A stretch of DNA of 64,000 nt from Candidatus Moraniibacteriota bacterium (GTDB lineage: Bacteria; Patescibacteriota; Minisyncoccia; Moranbacterales; UBA1568), in assembly GCA_016699975.1 (NCBI GenBank), contig CP064994.1, positions 257,222 to 321,221 on the forward strand. The letters run 5' to 3'. Positions 17,682 to 28,102 of this stretch are shown in pieces. Each line of letters starts with the position of its first letter. Position 1 is the stretch's first letter. A model generated the notes under the pieces. The model saw nothing but the letters and a program-made list of their open reading frames with translations, made no database searches and was not told the DNA's origin. The translations under genes and the position numbers were made by a program.

Positions 17682-20600
17682 TTATTTCTGGCCCCCGTTT
17701 TCTTGTGGCCATTTTCTTCGTTCAAGAATGAAGTAGAGGAGGGGAAAGACGAGCAATGTGAGAACCGTGGAGGCAGAGAGTCCGAAAATAATGGACCAAG
17801 CAAGCCCTTCCCACACGGGATCACTAATAATGGTAAGCGAGCCGAAGATAGCGGTAAGCGAGGTAAGAAGAATAGGAAGGAAGCGGATTCTCCCAGTTTG
17901 AACAAGTGCCTCTCGGAGAGGTGTCCCGGAATGTTTGAGTGGCTCTAAATATTCGAGGTAGATAACGGCGTTTTTTTACGGCGAGACCCGAAAGAGCGAT
18001 CACGCCGATCATGGATGTTGCGTTGAAATAGGTTCCCTTCATGAGGAAAAGAACAGCAAATCCCGGAAAGATGCCGAGGAGGCCGAGGGGAATACTTGCC
18101 ATAATAAGAAGAGGAGTAAAGAAGGATTGCGTTCTCAGGGCGAGTAAGAAGAAAATAAACGCGAGTGCGACGCCGAAAGCAATTCCCAAATCTCGAAAGA
18201 CTTCGAGTGTGAGTTTCCACTCTCCTCCAATGTAAAGAGTAAGCGGCTTTCCTGTTTCGATGTTTTCGTAGACAACGCGAAGCGGCGACCATGAAACAAG
18301 ACGAAGATTTTCTGAGGGAGGAGCAGAAAGGAGTGAGGGAAAAAGATCGAGAACTGCATAGATCACGCTTCTTCTCTCCAGTTCTGCCGAAACGGAGTCG
18401 TTCGAGACCCGATTTTTTCGAGAGAGAATTGACGGTTCCCTTTGCGAAACTTTTTCAACGAGAGCCGAAAGGGAGACGAGATCGCCGCGACTGTTTCGCA
18501 CTTTGATGAGCGCAATGTCGTCTTCCGTTGCGCGGTATTCTTTGGCAAAGCGCAGGTGAATCCGCCGCGCTTCACGAGATTCGGAAAGCGGCTCTTGCGG
18601 CAGTCGGTCGAGAAATCGTCCCGAAAATGCTGTCTCAAGTGTGGTGGAAATTTCTTTCGGTGAAATGCCAAGGAGTGCCGCCTTGTCGAAGCGTATGCGA
18701 TAGGTGTCTTCCTGCGGGTGATCGGGAAGTGATGTGGAAAGATCGACTATCCCGGGAATGTCGCGTGCTCGCGACGCGAGTTCGGAAGTGACGGTCTCCC
18801 GCAGTTCTTTTTCTTCACTTTGTATATCAAGAAAGAAGGTGGCGGAAACGGGTGGACCAGGCGGATCTTCGAGAATACCGATAACGGCGTCGGGAAATTC
18901 TTTCTGAAAACGTGTGGAAATTTCCCGTACCCGACTTGCTATTTCTTCCGAGGAATCCTCGCGTACTTGTTCGGAAACAAGATTCACTTTGAGTGTTCCT
19001 TGCGAAGGAAGTGTTCGCTCAGAGTTTCCTTTGAAGAGACCGTTGAAATCGATGATTGGGGCGGTACCGATAAAACTTTCGACGGAGGTCACGTCGTTTT
19101 CGGAGAGAATGATTCGTGCGAGTTCTTCAGAAATGCGGTTTGTTTTTTGAAATGCGGTACCAGTTGGTAAATCGAGAGAAACAAAGAACTGATCGCGATC
19201 GGCTTTGGGCAGCATGCGAAAAGGCATGAGCGGTGAGAGGGGGAAGAGAAAAACAGCGAGGAGAAGCAGGAGCGTGATGCCGAGAAACAAACGTCGCGCC
19301 CGAGTGTTTTCGAGAAAAAAGAAATGAGGCGTGCATAGAGTATTTCGATTTTTCGTGCTCCTTTCGAGAGGGAGCGGTGTCTAGAAACCTTCCTCGTACT
19401 TTTGAAAAAGAAGGGTGAGAAAGGGATTGAGCGTGACGGATATGGCAAGAGAAGCAAGAAGCGCTGCAGGAACGAAAAAGGAATGGGTCCCATGTAGGGT
19501 CCCATCATGCCGGAGACGAATGCCATCGGCACAAAGGCAGCTGCCATAGTGATCGTCGAGACGACGAGCGCACCTCCTACTTCTTCCACTGATCGGGCAA
19601 GCGATCGAATGGCGGATTCCTTTGGAAAGAGTCGGCGGAATCGAGACGCGTTCTCGACGACAACGATAGCATCATCAATAAGGAGGCCAAGGGAAAGGAT
19701 AAGTGCAAAAAGAGTAATGCGATTCAGTGTTTCTCCGACGAGAAGTCCGATACCGAAGACGCTGAGGAGAACAAGGGGTATGGATATTGAAGCGGTGAGT
19801 GCGTTTCGAAGTCCGAGAAAAAGAAAAAGAAGGACACCGACGATGATGACGGATTTTGCGAGATCGAGAGAGAGTTTCCCGATTTCATGCCGCGCCGTTT
19901 CTCCCTCGTTTCGCAGCACGGAGACATGGATATCTGCGGGGAGGGTGCTTCGAAATGATTCGAGTTGTTCCAAGGCTTTCTCTGAGACGGTGGTTGCATT
20001 TTCTCTCGGGAGTTTGGAGAGTGCCACATGAACGGCGGGAACAGGCTCGGCATTCTTTTCGTGGAGTGTGACGGCGTCTCTTTGTTCTCCGGGTCCGAGC
20101 GAAACACGCGCAATATCACCGATACGAGTGTGTGTGTCCGAAAGGAGAGGAAGATCAGCAACTGTGTCCGCGGTCAGGGTTTCGGGGACGAGCGTGAGGG
20201 CGGTGCTGCGGTTCTCCGTTTGAATCGAGGAGACGGCTTCTGGGGGAATGAGTTGCGAAAGAGCGCGTGTAACATCGGAGGGGGTCAAATTTCGCGCGGC
20301 GAGTGAAGCGGCATCCATTTCTACCTGGAGGTGATGTGAAACGCCTCCTTTTACTTCGACTCGTGATATTCCGGGAGTAACCGAGAGTCTTTCCCCGAGC
20401 TTTTCTCCCATAACTCGAAGGGCGTGCTCAGGAAGAGACGAAGAAGAGAGTCCGATATCGAGTATGGGAACGTCATCGGGGCTTATGCTCTCTCTTCGAA
20501 GGGGGACACTTTCTGGAGGAAGGCGTCGCTCTAGATCAAAAAGTTTTTTGATTGAGCGCGGTTGTTGCTTCAGATACATCTGTTCCGACAAGAAATTTGA

Positions 20601-20946
20601 CGGTGACGATGCTTCGCCCGCCCCGCATCGATCGCGATCCGAGTTCGTCGATCCCTGAGAGTTCCGAGACGCCGTCCTCAATCGGCTTCGTGAGGTAGGT
20701 CTCTGTCTCAAGGGCGGAGGCGCCCGGAAGCGTCGCCGAAAGAACGAAAGCAGGCGCTGTTATTTTTGGATTATATTCTTTGGGAATGACGAAAAACGAA
20801 ATGCTTCCCCAGAGAATGATGGCGGTGATGGAAATTAGGGAGAGGTGTCGGTTTTCGAGAAAGAGAGCTGCAATTTTCCCGGCCGCGCGAAGCGGCTTTT
20901 CATGAAGATCGTTGTCAGTTTTCATACGTTTGGGCATGTGCGCCAT
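17682..20946 (-). pseudogene. RND efflux transporter permease (AcrB/CusA/CzcA family), disrupted by at least 4 frameshifts
   Basis: Three track ORFs (20536-20946, 19089-20711, 17824-19290) plus an unlisted C-terminal frame (17682-about 17975; ...NAVIYLEYLEPLKHSGTPLREALVQTGRIRFLPILLTSLTAIFGSLTII...FPLLYFILERRKWPQENGGQK*) together span a roughly 1088-aa RND protein. Frame changes occur near 20545 (T6), 19400-19470 (two changes; the intermediate frame carries a TAG inside TCTAGA) and 17975 (T7/A7). Confidence 0.7.
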
Positions 20947-22121
20947 CTCTTAATCCTCGAACTCCTTCAGTTATTACGGCATCTTCTTTTGAAATGCCGG
21001 AAAAAATTTCTCGATCGTCGCCGAAACGTTTCCCGACCGAAACCAATCTTCGGACGACTTTTCCGTCGACGAGAACGAATACAAAAGAAGCGTCATATTC
21101 GGTGAAGAGAGCAGTGTCGGGAATAAGAAGTCGCATATCATCCTGGGTTTTCTCAGAGAGCGAACGTTGGTCTTCGGGAATGGTGAGACTTGCTGTTTCG
21201 CCAATCGGTATCACTGAAAAGGATCATCCGCCTTTTCTCGGAGGCGAACCGATACCTTTACTTCTCCGGTTCCAGCCATTTTCGAAGAATCGAGAGCGCG
21301 AACAATTCCCGTACTTTCGATCACGGAGTCGGGACTTATTCTTTTGTAATCACTACTTTTTGTCCGAGAGAAAGGCTTTTGGAAAATGTTCCCGGAACGG
21401 AGACTTCAAGTTCGCGGGCTTCGGAAAGTGCGAGTTGGTAGAGAGGAGATCCTGGAGTGACGAATTCTCCCGTCGAAACGAAGCGACTGGTAACCAGTCC
21501 CGAAAAAGGAGATCGGATAACGGCATTTCCTTGTTGTATCCGGGCGCCCTGGAGCAACCCGTTTGCTTCGACCGATCCAATTTTTGCACGACTCTCTTCT
21601 ATATCCCGAAGTTTTTTAAGGCTTGAAAGGGATTTTTCTGCGATGGCAACGTCTTTCGATGTCGCATTTCCTCGATCGCGGTTTTCCTTGGTTTTCTTGA
21701 GGAACGCTTCCGCTTCTTTTTGTTTTCGATCGTAGTATTCGCGTGTATCGGCCGCAATGGTTCGAGAAAGTGCGGAAATGCGACTCGCGGTGTCCGCAAG
21801 AACGGCGGAAGATTCCGCATCCACGAGTGCAATCACCTCTCCCTTCGAGACCGTTTCTCCAGGCTCCTTGAGGAGTCGGAGGGCATATCCCGAGACTTTT
21901 GCTGATACGGTTCCTGATTCCGCTTCGCGAATAATACCGGAAAATGATCGGAGGGCTTTTCCTTCCAGAGAGACGGGGTATTGGGTGCGGACGAATTTCG
22001 GTTCGGTTGATTTTTTTGGTTCGACGCGTGCCTTGAAGTCGTGAAAGAAAAAAATGCTCCCGGAAACAAAAAGAATCGCCAGAATGAAGAAGAGAAATCG
22101 ATTCGACAGAGGAGATGTCAT
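20915..22121 (-). CDS. RND efflux membrane fusion protein (HlyD/AcrA family); one frameshift near 21215-21335
   Basis: The N-terminal part (track ORF 21336-22214; the chosen start at 22121 gives MTSPLSNRFLFFILAILFV, a signal-anchor) carries the coiled-coil/lipoyl region. The C-terminal beta-barrel/MPD part is in another frame (20915-21214: ...ALFTEYDASFVFVLVDGKVVRRLVSVGKRFGDDREIFSGISKEDAVITEGVRGLRDG...). The 3' end overlaps the RND start. Confidence 0.65.
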
Positions 22122-22125
22122 AGAG

Positions 22126-22407
22126 CTATTTCGTATGGGCAGTATGAACGACATGGAGGAGTTCCTGGTGAAGCGCGTGGAGCTCGCGTTTTGACTTTCC
22201 AGGAAGGGAAGCATTTTTCAGGAGGCTGTTTAAATGTTCCTCAAGCATGAGGAGATTTGCCGATTTGAGAAGTCCGATGACAGCGAGATTTTGTTGTATG
22301 ACGGAAAAACAGTTCGGAGACGTTCCTTCGATGGTTTCGAGGATGCGATCAATGCTGGTCCGGGCCTTCTTGAGGGCGGTCTCGATTTTCTTTTTTCTCT
22401 CGTCCAT
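22126..22407 (-). CDS. Metal-sensing transcriptional repressor, CsoR/RcnR/FrmR (DUF156) family
   Basis: 93 aa; IDRILETIEGTSPNCFSVIQQNLAVIGLLKSANLLMLEEHL matches the CsoR-type fold. Its stop is 5 nt upstream of the membrane fusion protein start, so it forms an operon with the efflux genes. Confidence 0.7.
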   Translation of the reverse strand: MDERKKKIETALKKARTSIDRILETIEGTSPNCFSVIQQNLAVIGLLKSANLLMLEEHLNSLLKNASLPGKSKRELHALHQELLHVVHTAHTK

Positions 22408-22440
22408 AAGAATGATGTAGGTGGTTATTCCTCAAACCAG

Positions 22441-22456
22441 GTACGTATACCTGTGG
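22441..22456. promoter_or_regulatory. Perfect inverted repeat CAGGTA-N4-TACCTG (plus adjacent ATACC-N7-GGTAT) in the csoR-like promoter region; candidate operator
   Basis: The 16-bp element caggtacgtatacctg lies 34 bp upstream of the CsoR-like start. It overlaps a second dyad ATACCTGTGGTATAGGTAT that resembles CsoR/RcnR-type operators. Confidence 0.3.
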
Positions 22457-22872
22457 TATAGGTATATGAATCGTACACGAGGAAGGGAACCGTGTCAAAA
22501 GGTTGAGGGGATTCTGGTTCGAATCGGAACTTTTTCATTGTCTCTTCCTGCACGCGAAGAGTGCCTCGTAAAAAGTATTTCGTTTAGGATTTTGCTTTCC
22601 TCTCGGAAATTTTCAGAAAAAAACAACCCCTATGAAAGAGGTTGAGTTCAGCACAATGTTATTCGGACGCGGGAGAAGTGTTCTTCAAAAGCGCTTTCTC
22701 CTATGAGATTGATTTTGTTTGATTTCGGACGTTGTAGGTGGGATCGGCAGACGCTCATTTTTCCTCCTCACTCTTCTTTTGCCCTCACATGCAGTTCCAT
22801 GCGCCAAGAGCACAGAGTCCCTGGGGACATCAAGAAACTCTCACGATGGGCTCACTCTTTTTGAGATAATCC

Positions 22873-23613
22873 CTACACGCCTTTTGGTGTCTTATCGAGA
22901 GAGATCCAGGTGATTTTCTGAGAGCGGAGCGGCTCTTTCTGTAAGAGAAAAAGAAACTTTCCCGAAAAAAGATTTGGAAATCGTGTGAGAAGAAAGCGTC
23001 GGAAAAAACGGGGAGTGAAACGGGTTGGGAAAATTCCTCCTCCCATAAAATTGAACTGCGCCGCGCGTACGAACCACTCGTGCTCGCGAAATCCGTGCAG
23101 GAGTTCTTGGAGTGTGAAAAAACGAATGTGCGCGTAGTTCCAGCCGCTCTCGCCGTAACGCACGTGATCCCAATGAATGATGCCGCCGCCCGACAACATA
23201 CGAAGTCGTTGCCGAAGGTCGAAGTGGTTGGGTACGCCGAAAATAATCGAGCCGTCTTTTCGGAGCACGCGCTTTCCTTCGCGGAGAATGTGTGTGGGAT
23301 CGTAGAGGTGTTCGGGAACGTCCGTACACAATACGAGATCGAAGGAATCTTTGGGTACGGGCCATGTCTCGTTTATATCGCTCTCAAGTATTTTCGAATG
23401 TTGGGACGTGGGCGAAGCAGGAAAGATATCGAGTCCCGTAATGCGATGCCCGAGTGTTCGCAGTGTTTTGTGAAGAGTCGGAGATGCCCCGCATCCCACG
23501 TCGAGAATATCAAGCGGCTCGTCGCCCAGAAAATCGAGAAGTCGGCGAATTTTCTCGAACGAGTTCCCGTTACTAAAGGTGGCAGAGTGTTTGTGAAACT
23601 CAGTTTGGTTCAT
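22873..23613 (-). CDS. Class I SAM-dependent methyltransferase
   Basis: Motif I ILDVGCGASP, motif post-I GLDIF and motif II LVLCTDVPEHLYDP (Methyltransf_11/23-like). Confidence 0.7.
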   Translation of the reverse strand: MNQTEFHKHSATFSNGNSFEKIRRLLDFLGDEPLDILDVGCGASPTLHKTLRTLGHRITGLDIFPASPTSQHSKILESDINETWPVPKDSFDLVLCTDVPEHLYDPTHILREGKRVLRKDGSIIFGVPNHFDLRQRLRMLSGGGIIHWDHVRYGESGWNYAHIRFFTLQELLHGFREHEWFVRAAQFNFMGGGIFPTRFTPRFFRRFLLTRFPNLFSGKFLFLLQKEPLRSQKITWISLDKTPKGV

Positions 23614-23634
23614 ACCTGTTCTGGTGTTCCCTTT

Positions 23635-24894
23635 TTAGAGATCACGTTGCTTCTCTTTCTCGCCCTTCTTCGCCAAGCGATAATACTCGATCGCTTCCTT
23701 CAGTGAAACAAGGGCACGATTGATATCGGACTCGTAATTATATATCGAGAAACTGAATCGGATTGTAGCCGGAATGCCGAGAGAGGTGTGGAACGGATGC
23801 GTGCAGTGGGCGCCTGCTCGAACGCAGATGTTTTTGTTTGCAAGCCATTCGGCTGCATCGTGCGCATGAAGACCAGGAATGGTGAAAGAGACGAGGTTTG
23901 AGTGTTTCGTCGGATGGCTGGAACCCAGCAGTTCGACCCCTTCGATTTCTGTTCGGAGTTTTTCTCGTGCGACCTCGACAAGGTGGGATTCGTGGGCGCG
24001 AATCGACTCCTTCCCGAGATGCTCGATATATTCTATTGCGGCGCGAAAGGCGATGACGCCGGAAATATTCGGCGTGCCCGCCTCGAATCGTTGCGGCGGT
24101 CGTTTGAAAAATGATTTTTCCACCGAGGCGCTCTCGACCATATCTCCGCCGTAAAGAAAAGGAGGAAGTGCTTCGAGGAGGGCGGATCGTCCCCACAGGA
24201 CGCCGACTCCTGTTGGGCCGAAACACTTGTGTGCCGAAAATGCGAGAAAGTCGACGCCGAGCGTCGAGACATCGATGGGGAGGTGCGCTGCAGCCTGTGC
24301 GGCGTCGAGGATGATGATCGCTTCGGGCGAGCGCTTGCGAACAACAGATACAATATCTTGTACTGGCGCGATCGTTCCCGAGACATTGGAAATCCAAGGG
24401 AACGCGAATATCTTTGTGCGCGCACTCACAGAGGTTTCAAGTGTTTCGAGATCGATTTCTCCTGATCGGGAAACGGGAAGTGCGCGAAAGGTTGCGCCGG
24501 CGCGTTCTGCGAGCGCCTGCCAGGGAAGGAAATTCGCGTGATGATCCATCGTCGTCACCAGAATCTCATCGTCTTTTGTAGTTGAACGTTCCAGCGAATA
24601 TGCGAGGAGATTCAGGCTCTCGGTCGTTCCTTTGGTAAAAATAATTTCTTCTTTTTTTAGGGCGCCGATCCACAGGGCGACTGCCTCTCTCGAACGCTCG
24701 TATTCGAAAGTGGCGCGCTCCGACAAGGTATAGAGTCCGCGGGAAATATTCGCCGGGTACTCTTCGAGATATTCCCGCTCTTGTTCGATGACGGTGCGAG
24801 GTTTGAGGGCGGTTGCCGCGGAGTCGAGATAAACAAGATCCGGATGGTGTGCGAAGACCGGAAAATCTTTTTTGATGGTTTCGGATTTCATCAT
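23635..24894 (-). CDS. sufS: Cysteine desulfurase SufS (class V aminotransferase)
   Basis: PLP-lysine region FLAFSAHKCFGPTGVGVLWG and the catalytic Cys loop RAGAHCTHPF. Confidence 0.85.
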   Translation of the reverse strand: MMKSETIKKDFPVFAHHPDLVYLDSAATALKPRTVIEQEREYLEEYPANISRGLYTLSERATFEYERSREAVALWIGALKKEEIIFTKGTTESLNLLAYSLERSTTKDDEILVTTMDHHANFLPWQALAERAGATFRALPVSRSGEIDLETLETSVSARTKIFAFPWISNVSGTIAPVQDIVSVVRKRSPEAIIILDAAQAAAHLPIDVSTLGVDFLAFSAHKCFGPTGVGVLWGRSALLEALPPFLYGGDMVESASVEKSFFKRPPQRFEAGTPNISGVIAFRAAIEYIEHLGKESIRAHESHLVEVAREKLRTEIEGVELLGSSHPTKHSNLVSFTIPGLHAHDAAEWLANKNICVRAGAHCTHPFHTSLGIPATIRFSFSIYNYESDINRALVSLKEAIEYYRLAKKGEKEKQRDL

Positions 24895-25015
24895 AAAAAA
24901 TATTCATTTTTTGTTTCTCTCCTTTGAACGACTCACTCGTCGCACAGTGTTCCTCATGAAATTGGAGAAAAACTTTTCTACCACTCTACACCCTGCGCTC
25001 TTGGCACAGAGAGAT

Positions 25016-25636
25016 TTATTGGTTCTCGGAAAAAATTGTTTCGAGAAGGCGCATTGATTCCGTCTCGAGTTCGTCTAGGGATTCGGACTCTGCGATGCTT
25101 CGAATGTTCCCGAAAAATTCTCGGATGCGTCCTTCTGCAAGCGCGCGCTTTGCGAGGGAATCGGCAAGGCCGCGTGAGGCGAGGAAGAAGCGCGCCTCTT
25201 CGTTTTGTCCTCCGGTTGCTGAAGCGTGACGGGCAACGACATCGTCCTCGAGGATTTCGAGCGTGGGGTTCGACTGGGCGCGCGCGGAGTTGGAGAGGAG
25301 AACATTTCGGTTTTCTTGACTCGCATTGGAACGAATCGCTCCTTTGTCTATGCGAATTCGCCCCTCATAAGAAAATGACGCTGATCCTCCGAGGATACTC
25401 AAAACACTGAGACGAGAGACCGTGTCGGGCGCGCGATGAATCTGATGTATTTTGGTGGAAAAACTCTCGGACCCACTTGCGAGAAAAAGTGCGAAGATAT
25501 CCGCTCCGGCTTCCGCTTTTTCGAAAAAGAATTCGAGAGGGAGGGATCGGTTCATGAAAAAGAAGACATGCGAATTTTTTCGCAAAGAAATTTTTTGGGC
25601 GTGGATTTTCGAGATATCTTCGAGTCTTTTCTTCAT
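25016..25636 (-). CDS. sufD: SufD-like Fe-S assembly protein (short form)
   Basis: 206 aa with the SufBD C-terminal beta-helix signature (...RHASATGGQNEEARFFLASRGL...). Sits between sufB and sufS. Confidence 0.55.
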   Translation of the reverse strand: MKKRLEDISKIHAQKISLRKNSHVFFFMNRSLPLEFFFEKAEAGADIFALFLASGSESFSTKIHQIHRAPDTVSRLSVLSILGGSASFSYEGRIRIDKGAIRSNASQENRNVLLSNSARAQSNPTLEILEDDVVARHASATGGQNEEARFFLASRGLADSLAKRALAEGRIREFFGNIRSIAESESLDELETESMRLLETIFSENQ

Positions 25637-25640
25637 AGGA

Positions 25641-27041
25641 TTATCCGATTTTCTTTTCCATCTCGTAGCGAATGAGGCGGGTCAGCTCGATCGAGTATTC
25701 GAGCGGGATCTCTTTTGAGACGGGCTCGATAAAGCCCGAGACGAGGAGCGCTTCGGCATCCTCTCGTGCGAGGCCGCGCGAGGCGAGGAGGAAAAGTTTT
25801 TCTTCCCCGATTTTTTCAACACTTGCTTCGTGTTCGACATTTGCGTCGCCGCGGTGTATGCGGATGGCAGGATAGGTGTCGCTTCGCGAATCGGAATCAA
25901 ACATCATCGCATCGCAGGTAACGGATGACCGCGCCGACTTCGCCTGCTCTCCAATATGCACAAGACCTCGGTATGAAGCGTGTCCACCGTCTTTCGAAAG
26001 CGATTTCGAAAGAATGCGGGAAGTGGTGTGGGGAGCGAGATGGAACATTTTGGCACCCGCGTCTTGCGTTTGACCCTTTCCGGCAAAAGCGATCGAAAGC
26101 ATATCTCCATGCGCACGTTTCCCTGTGAGATAAACGGACGGGTATTTCATCGTAACTTTGCTTCCGATATTGCAGTCAACCCATTCCATGACGGCATCTT
26201 CTTCGGCGCGGGCGCGTTTCGTGACGAGGTTATAAATATTGTTACTCCAATTTTGAACAGTGGTGTAACGAACGCGGGCGCCTTTTGCGACAAAGACCTC
26301 TACGACCGCAGCATGAAGCGAGTCGGTCGAATAGATAGGTGCGGTACATCCTTCAGTATAGTGTACCGAGCTTCCTTCGTCTGCGATGATAAGTGTTCGC
26401 TCGAATTGCCCGAAGCGTTCGCTGTTGATGCGAAAGTATGCTTGGAGCGGAAGTTCGACCTGAACGCCTCTGGGAACATAAACGAAGGATCCGCCCGACC
26501 ACACGGCGGAATTGAGGGAAGCAAACGTGTTATCGTGAGGCGGGATAAGGGTGCCAAAATAGCGCTTCACGAGGTCGGGGTAGTCGCGCACCGCGGTATC
26601 CATATCGCAAAACAGGACTCCTTGACGCCTGAGCTCTCGATCAATGCTCTCGTAGACGACTTCCGATTCGTACTGCGCCGACACGCCTGCGAGAGAGCGC
26701 TTCTCGGCTTCAGGAACCCCGATACGATCATAGGTTTCTTTGATTTCACTAGGCAGTTCATCCCATGAGGCCGAGCGATCTTTGGTTGCTTTCAGGTAAT
26801 AGGTGATATCGTCGAACTGTATTTCGGAAAGATCTGGACCCCACGATGGAAGCGGTTTTTTTCGAAAAATTTCATAACTTTTGAGACGGAAGTTTCGCAT
26901 CCACTCGGGCTCGTTTTTGGTTGCGGAAATTTCGCGCACGGTTTCTTCCGAAAGGCCGCGCGCCGCTTTGTGGGTCGAGACTTCCGGCATGGAAAATCCG
27001 AACCGAGCATCGAGAGTGGGGAGAGAGTTGTCTGTCGACAT
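25641..27041 (-). CDS. sufB: Fe-S cluster assembly protein SufB
   Basis: Strong SufB identity throughout (...VHYTEGCTAPIYSTDSLHAAVVEVFV...GDANVEHEASVEKIGEEKLFLLASRGL...). The track ORF (to 27236) includes an unsupported N-terminal extension; the start was set at MSTDNSLPTLDARFGF (27041), 12 nt below the sufC stop. Confidence 0.85.
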   Translation of the reverse strand: MSTDNSLPTLDARFGFSMPEVSTHKAARGLSEETVREISATKNEPEWMRNFRLKSYEIFRKKPLPSWGPDLSEIQFDDITYYLKATKDRSASWDELPSEIKETYDRIGVPEAEKRSLAGVSAQYESEVVYESIDRELRRQGVLFCDMDTAVRDYPDLVKRYFGTLIPPHDNTFASLNSAVWSGGSFVYVPRGVQVELPLQAYFRINSERFGQFERTLIIADEGSSVHYTEGCTAPIYSTDSLHAAVVEVFVAKGARVRYTTVQNWSNNIYNLVTKRARAEEDAVMEWVDCNIGSKVTMKYPSVYLTGKRAHGDMLSIAFAGKGQTQDAGAKMFHLAPHTTSRILSKSLSKDGGHASYRGLVHIGEQAKSARSSVTCDAMMFDSDSRSDTYPAIRIHRGDANVEHEASVEKIGEEKLFLLASRGLAREDAEALLVSGFIEPVSKEIPLEYSIELTRLIRYEMEKKIG

Positions 27042-27052
27042 GGTCGTGAATG

Positions 27053-27799
27053 TCAGCGCGGTGTTGCTTGGAGAGTGTTCGTTCTCGCACTTTCTTCGAA
27101 GCCTTCTTCTTGCAAAATGGTTTTGGAAAGGGCGCCGTTCCCGGTTTTCATCACGCGGCCTTCTCCGAGAACGATTGTCTCGTCGGGAAAGAACGTTTCG
27201 AGGAGCGAGAGGGAGTGGGTGATGAAAACGAAACACTGTTCGGGCTCCCGATATTTTTTGAGGAAGCTCGCAATCTTTTTTTGCGCATCGACATCGACCC
27301 CAGTATCAAGTTCGTCGAAGAGAGCGATCTTCGGTCGCAGCATTGCCCAGAGGAGGGTTTCGAACTTTTTGCGTTCGCCACCCGAAAAGCCGTCATAGAG
27401 TCCGCGGGAAAGGAGCGACTTCGAAATATCGAGTTCCGAGGCGTATGTTTGTGCGCGACTGCGAATGTCGATCGCCTTCTCTGTCGGAAGAGCATGGCGA
27501 AGAAGGGCAGAGACCGAGACTCCGGGAAGCGCTGGAGGCGATTGGAAAGAAAGAAACAATCCAAGACGCGCGCGTTTGTGAGTATCGAGCGTGGTAATGG
27601 AGGAATTTTCGAAAGATATCTCGGTATTTTCGGAGAATACGATATCGGGCCGCCCGAGAATTGCGGCGGCAAGGGTGGATTTTCCCGATCCGTTCGGCCC
27701 CAGAAGGGCGTACGTTTTCCCCGTTTCGAAAGAAAGAGTAATATCGGAGAGAATTTTTCGGTCCCCGATGGTGGCGGAGAGGTGGCGTATTTCGAGCAT
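27053..27799 (-). CDS. sufC: Fe-S cluster assembly ATPase SufC
   Basis: Walker A GPNGSGKSTL, signature FSGGERKKFETL and Walker B ALFDELDTGVD. The start was set at MLEIRHLSATIGDRKIL. Confidence 0.85.
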   Translation of the reverse strand: MLEIRHLSATIGDRKILSDITLSFETGKTYALLGPNGSGKSTLAAAILGRPDIVFSENTEISFENSSITTLDTHKRARLGLFLSFQSPPALPGVSVSALLRHALPTEKAIDIRSRAQTYASELDISKSLLSRGLYDGFSGGERKKFETLLWAMLRPKIALFDELDTGVDVDAQKKIASFLKKYREPEQCFVFITHSLSLLETFFPDETIVLGEGRVMKTGNGALSKTILQEEGFEESARTNTLQATPR

Positions 27800-28102
27800 A
27801 AGGAAAAAAATTATCGGAAAGTCGAGCCTCTTTTCACTCTGTTTTTGACCGATTGAGCGTGAGAAGTTTCGGTAACCATCTTTTTGAAGAATTTTTGGCA
27901 ATGACGTCTCGCGCAAAAATGCCGAACATTATAGAACAAAACTTCTCGATATGCATTTTGCTCTTTCCGAATCGTCGGAGAGCATGAATGCTCCACGACG
28001 CTCACTCTTTTTATTCATCGTTCAAGACAAAGACGGCGATACAGGAGTTAATTTTCATTTGAAAATTTTTTGGGAAGCGATGAGAAAATTGTCAGAATTT
28101 TT

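Noticed and set aside
17607-17948. Track ORFs 17607-17948 (+) and 17627-17905 (-)
   Set aside because: They overlap the frame that encodes the canonical RND C-terminus (...FGSLTII...FPLLYFIL...), which ends at 17682.
22480-22500. tRNA-like T-loop sequence GGTTCGAATCGG
   Set aside because: No complementary T-stem, acceptor stem or anticodon arm could be built around it. No other candidate tRNA was found in any intergenic gap.
25980-27856. Plus-strand track ORFs 25980-26768 (262 aa) and 27050-27856 (268 aa)
   Set aside because: They are antisense to sufB and sufC respectively.
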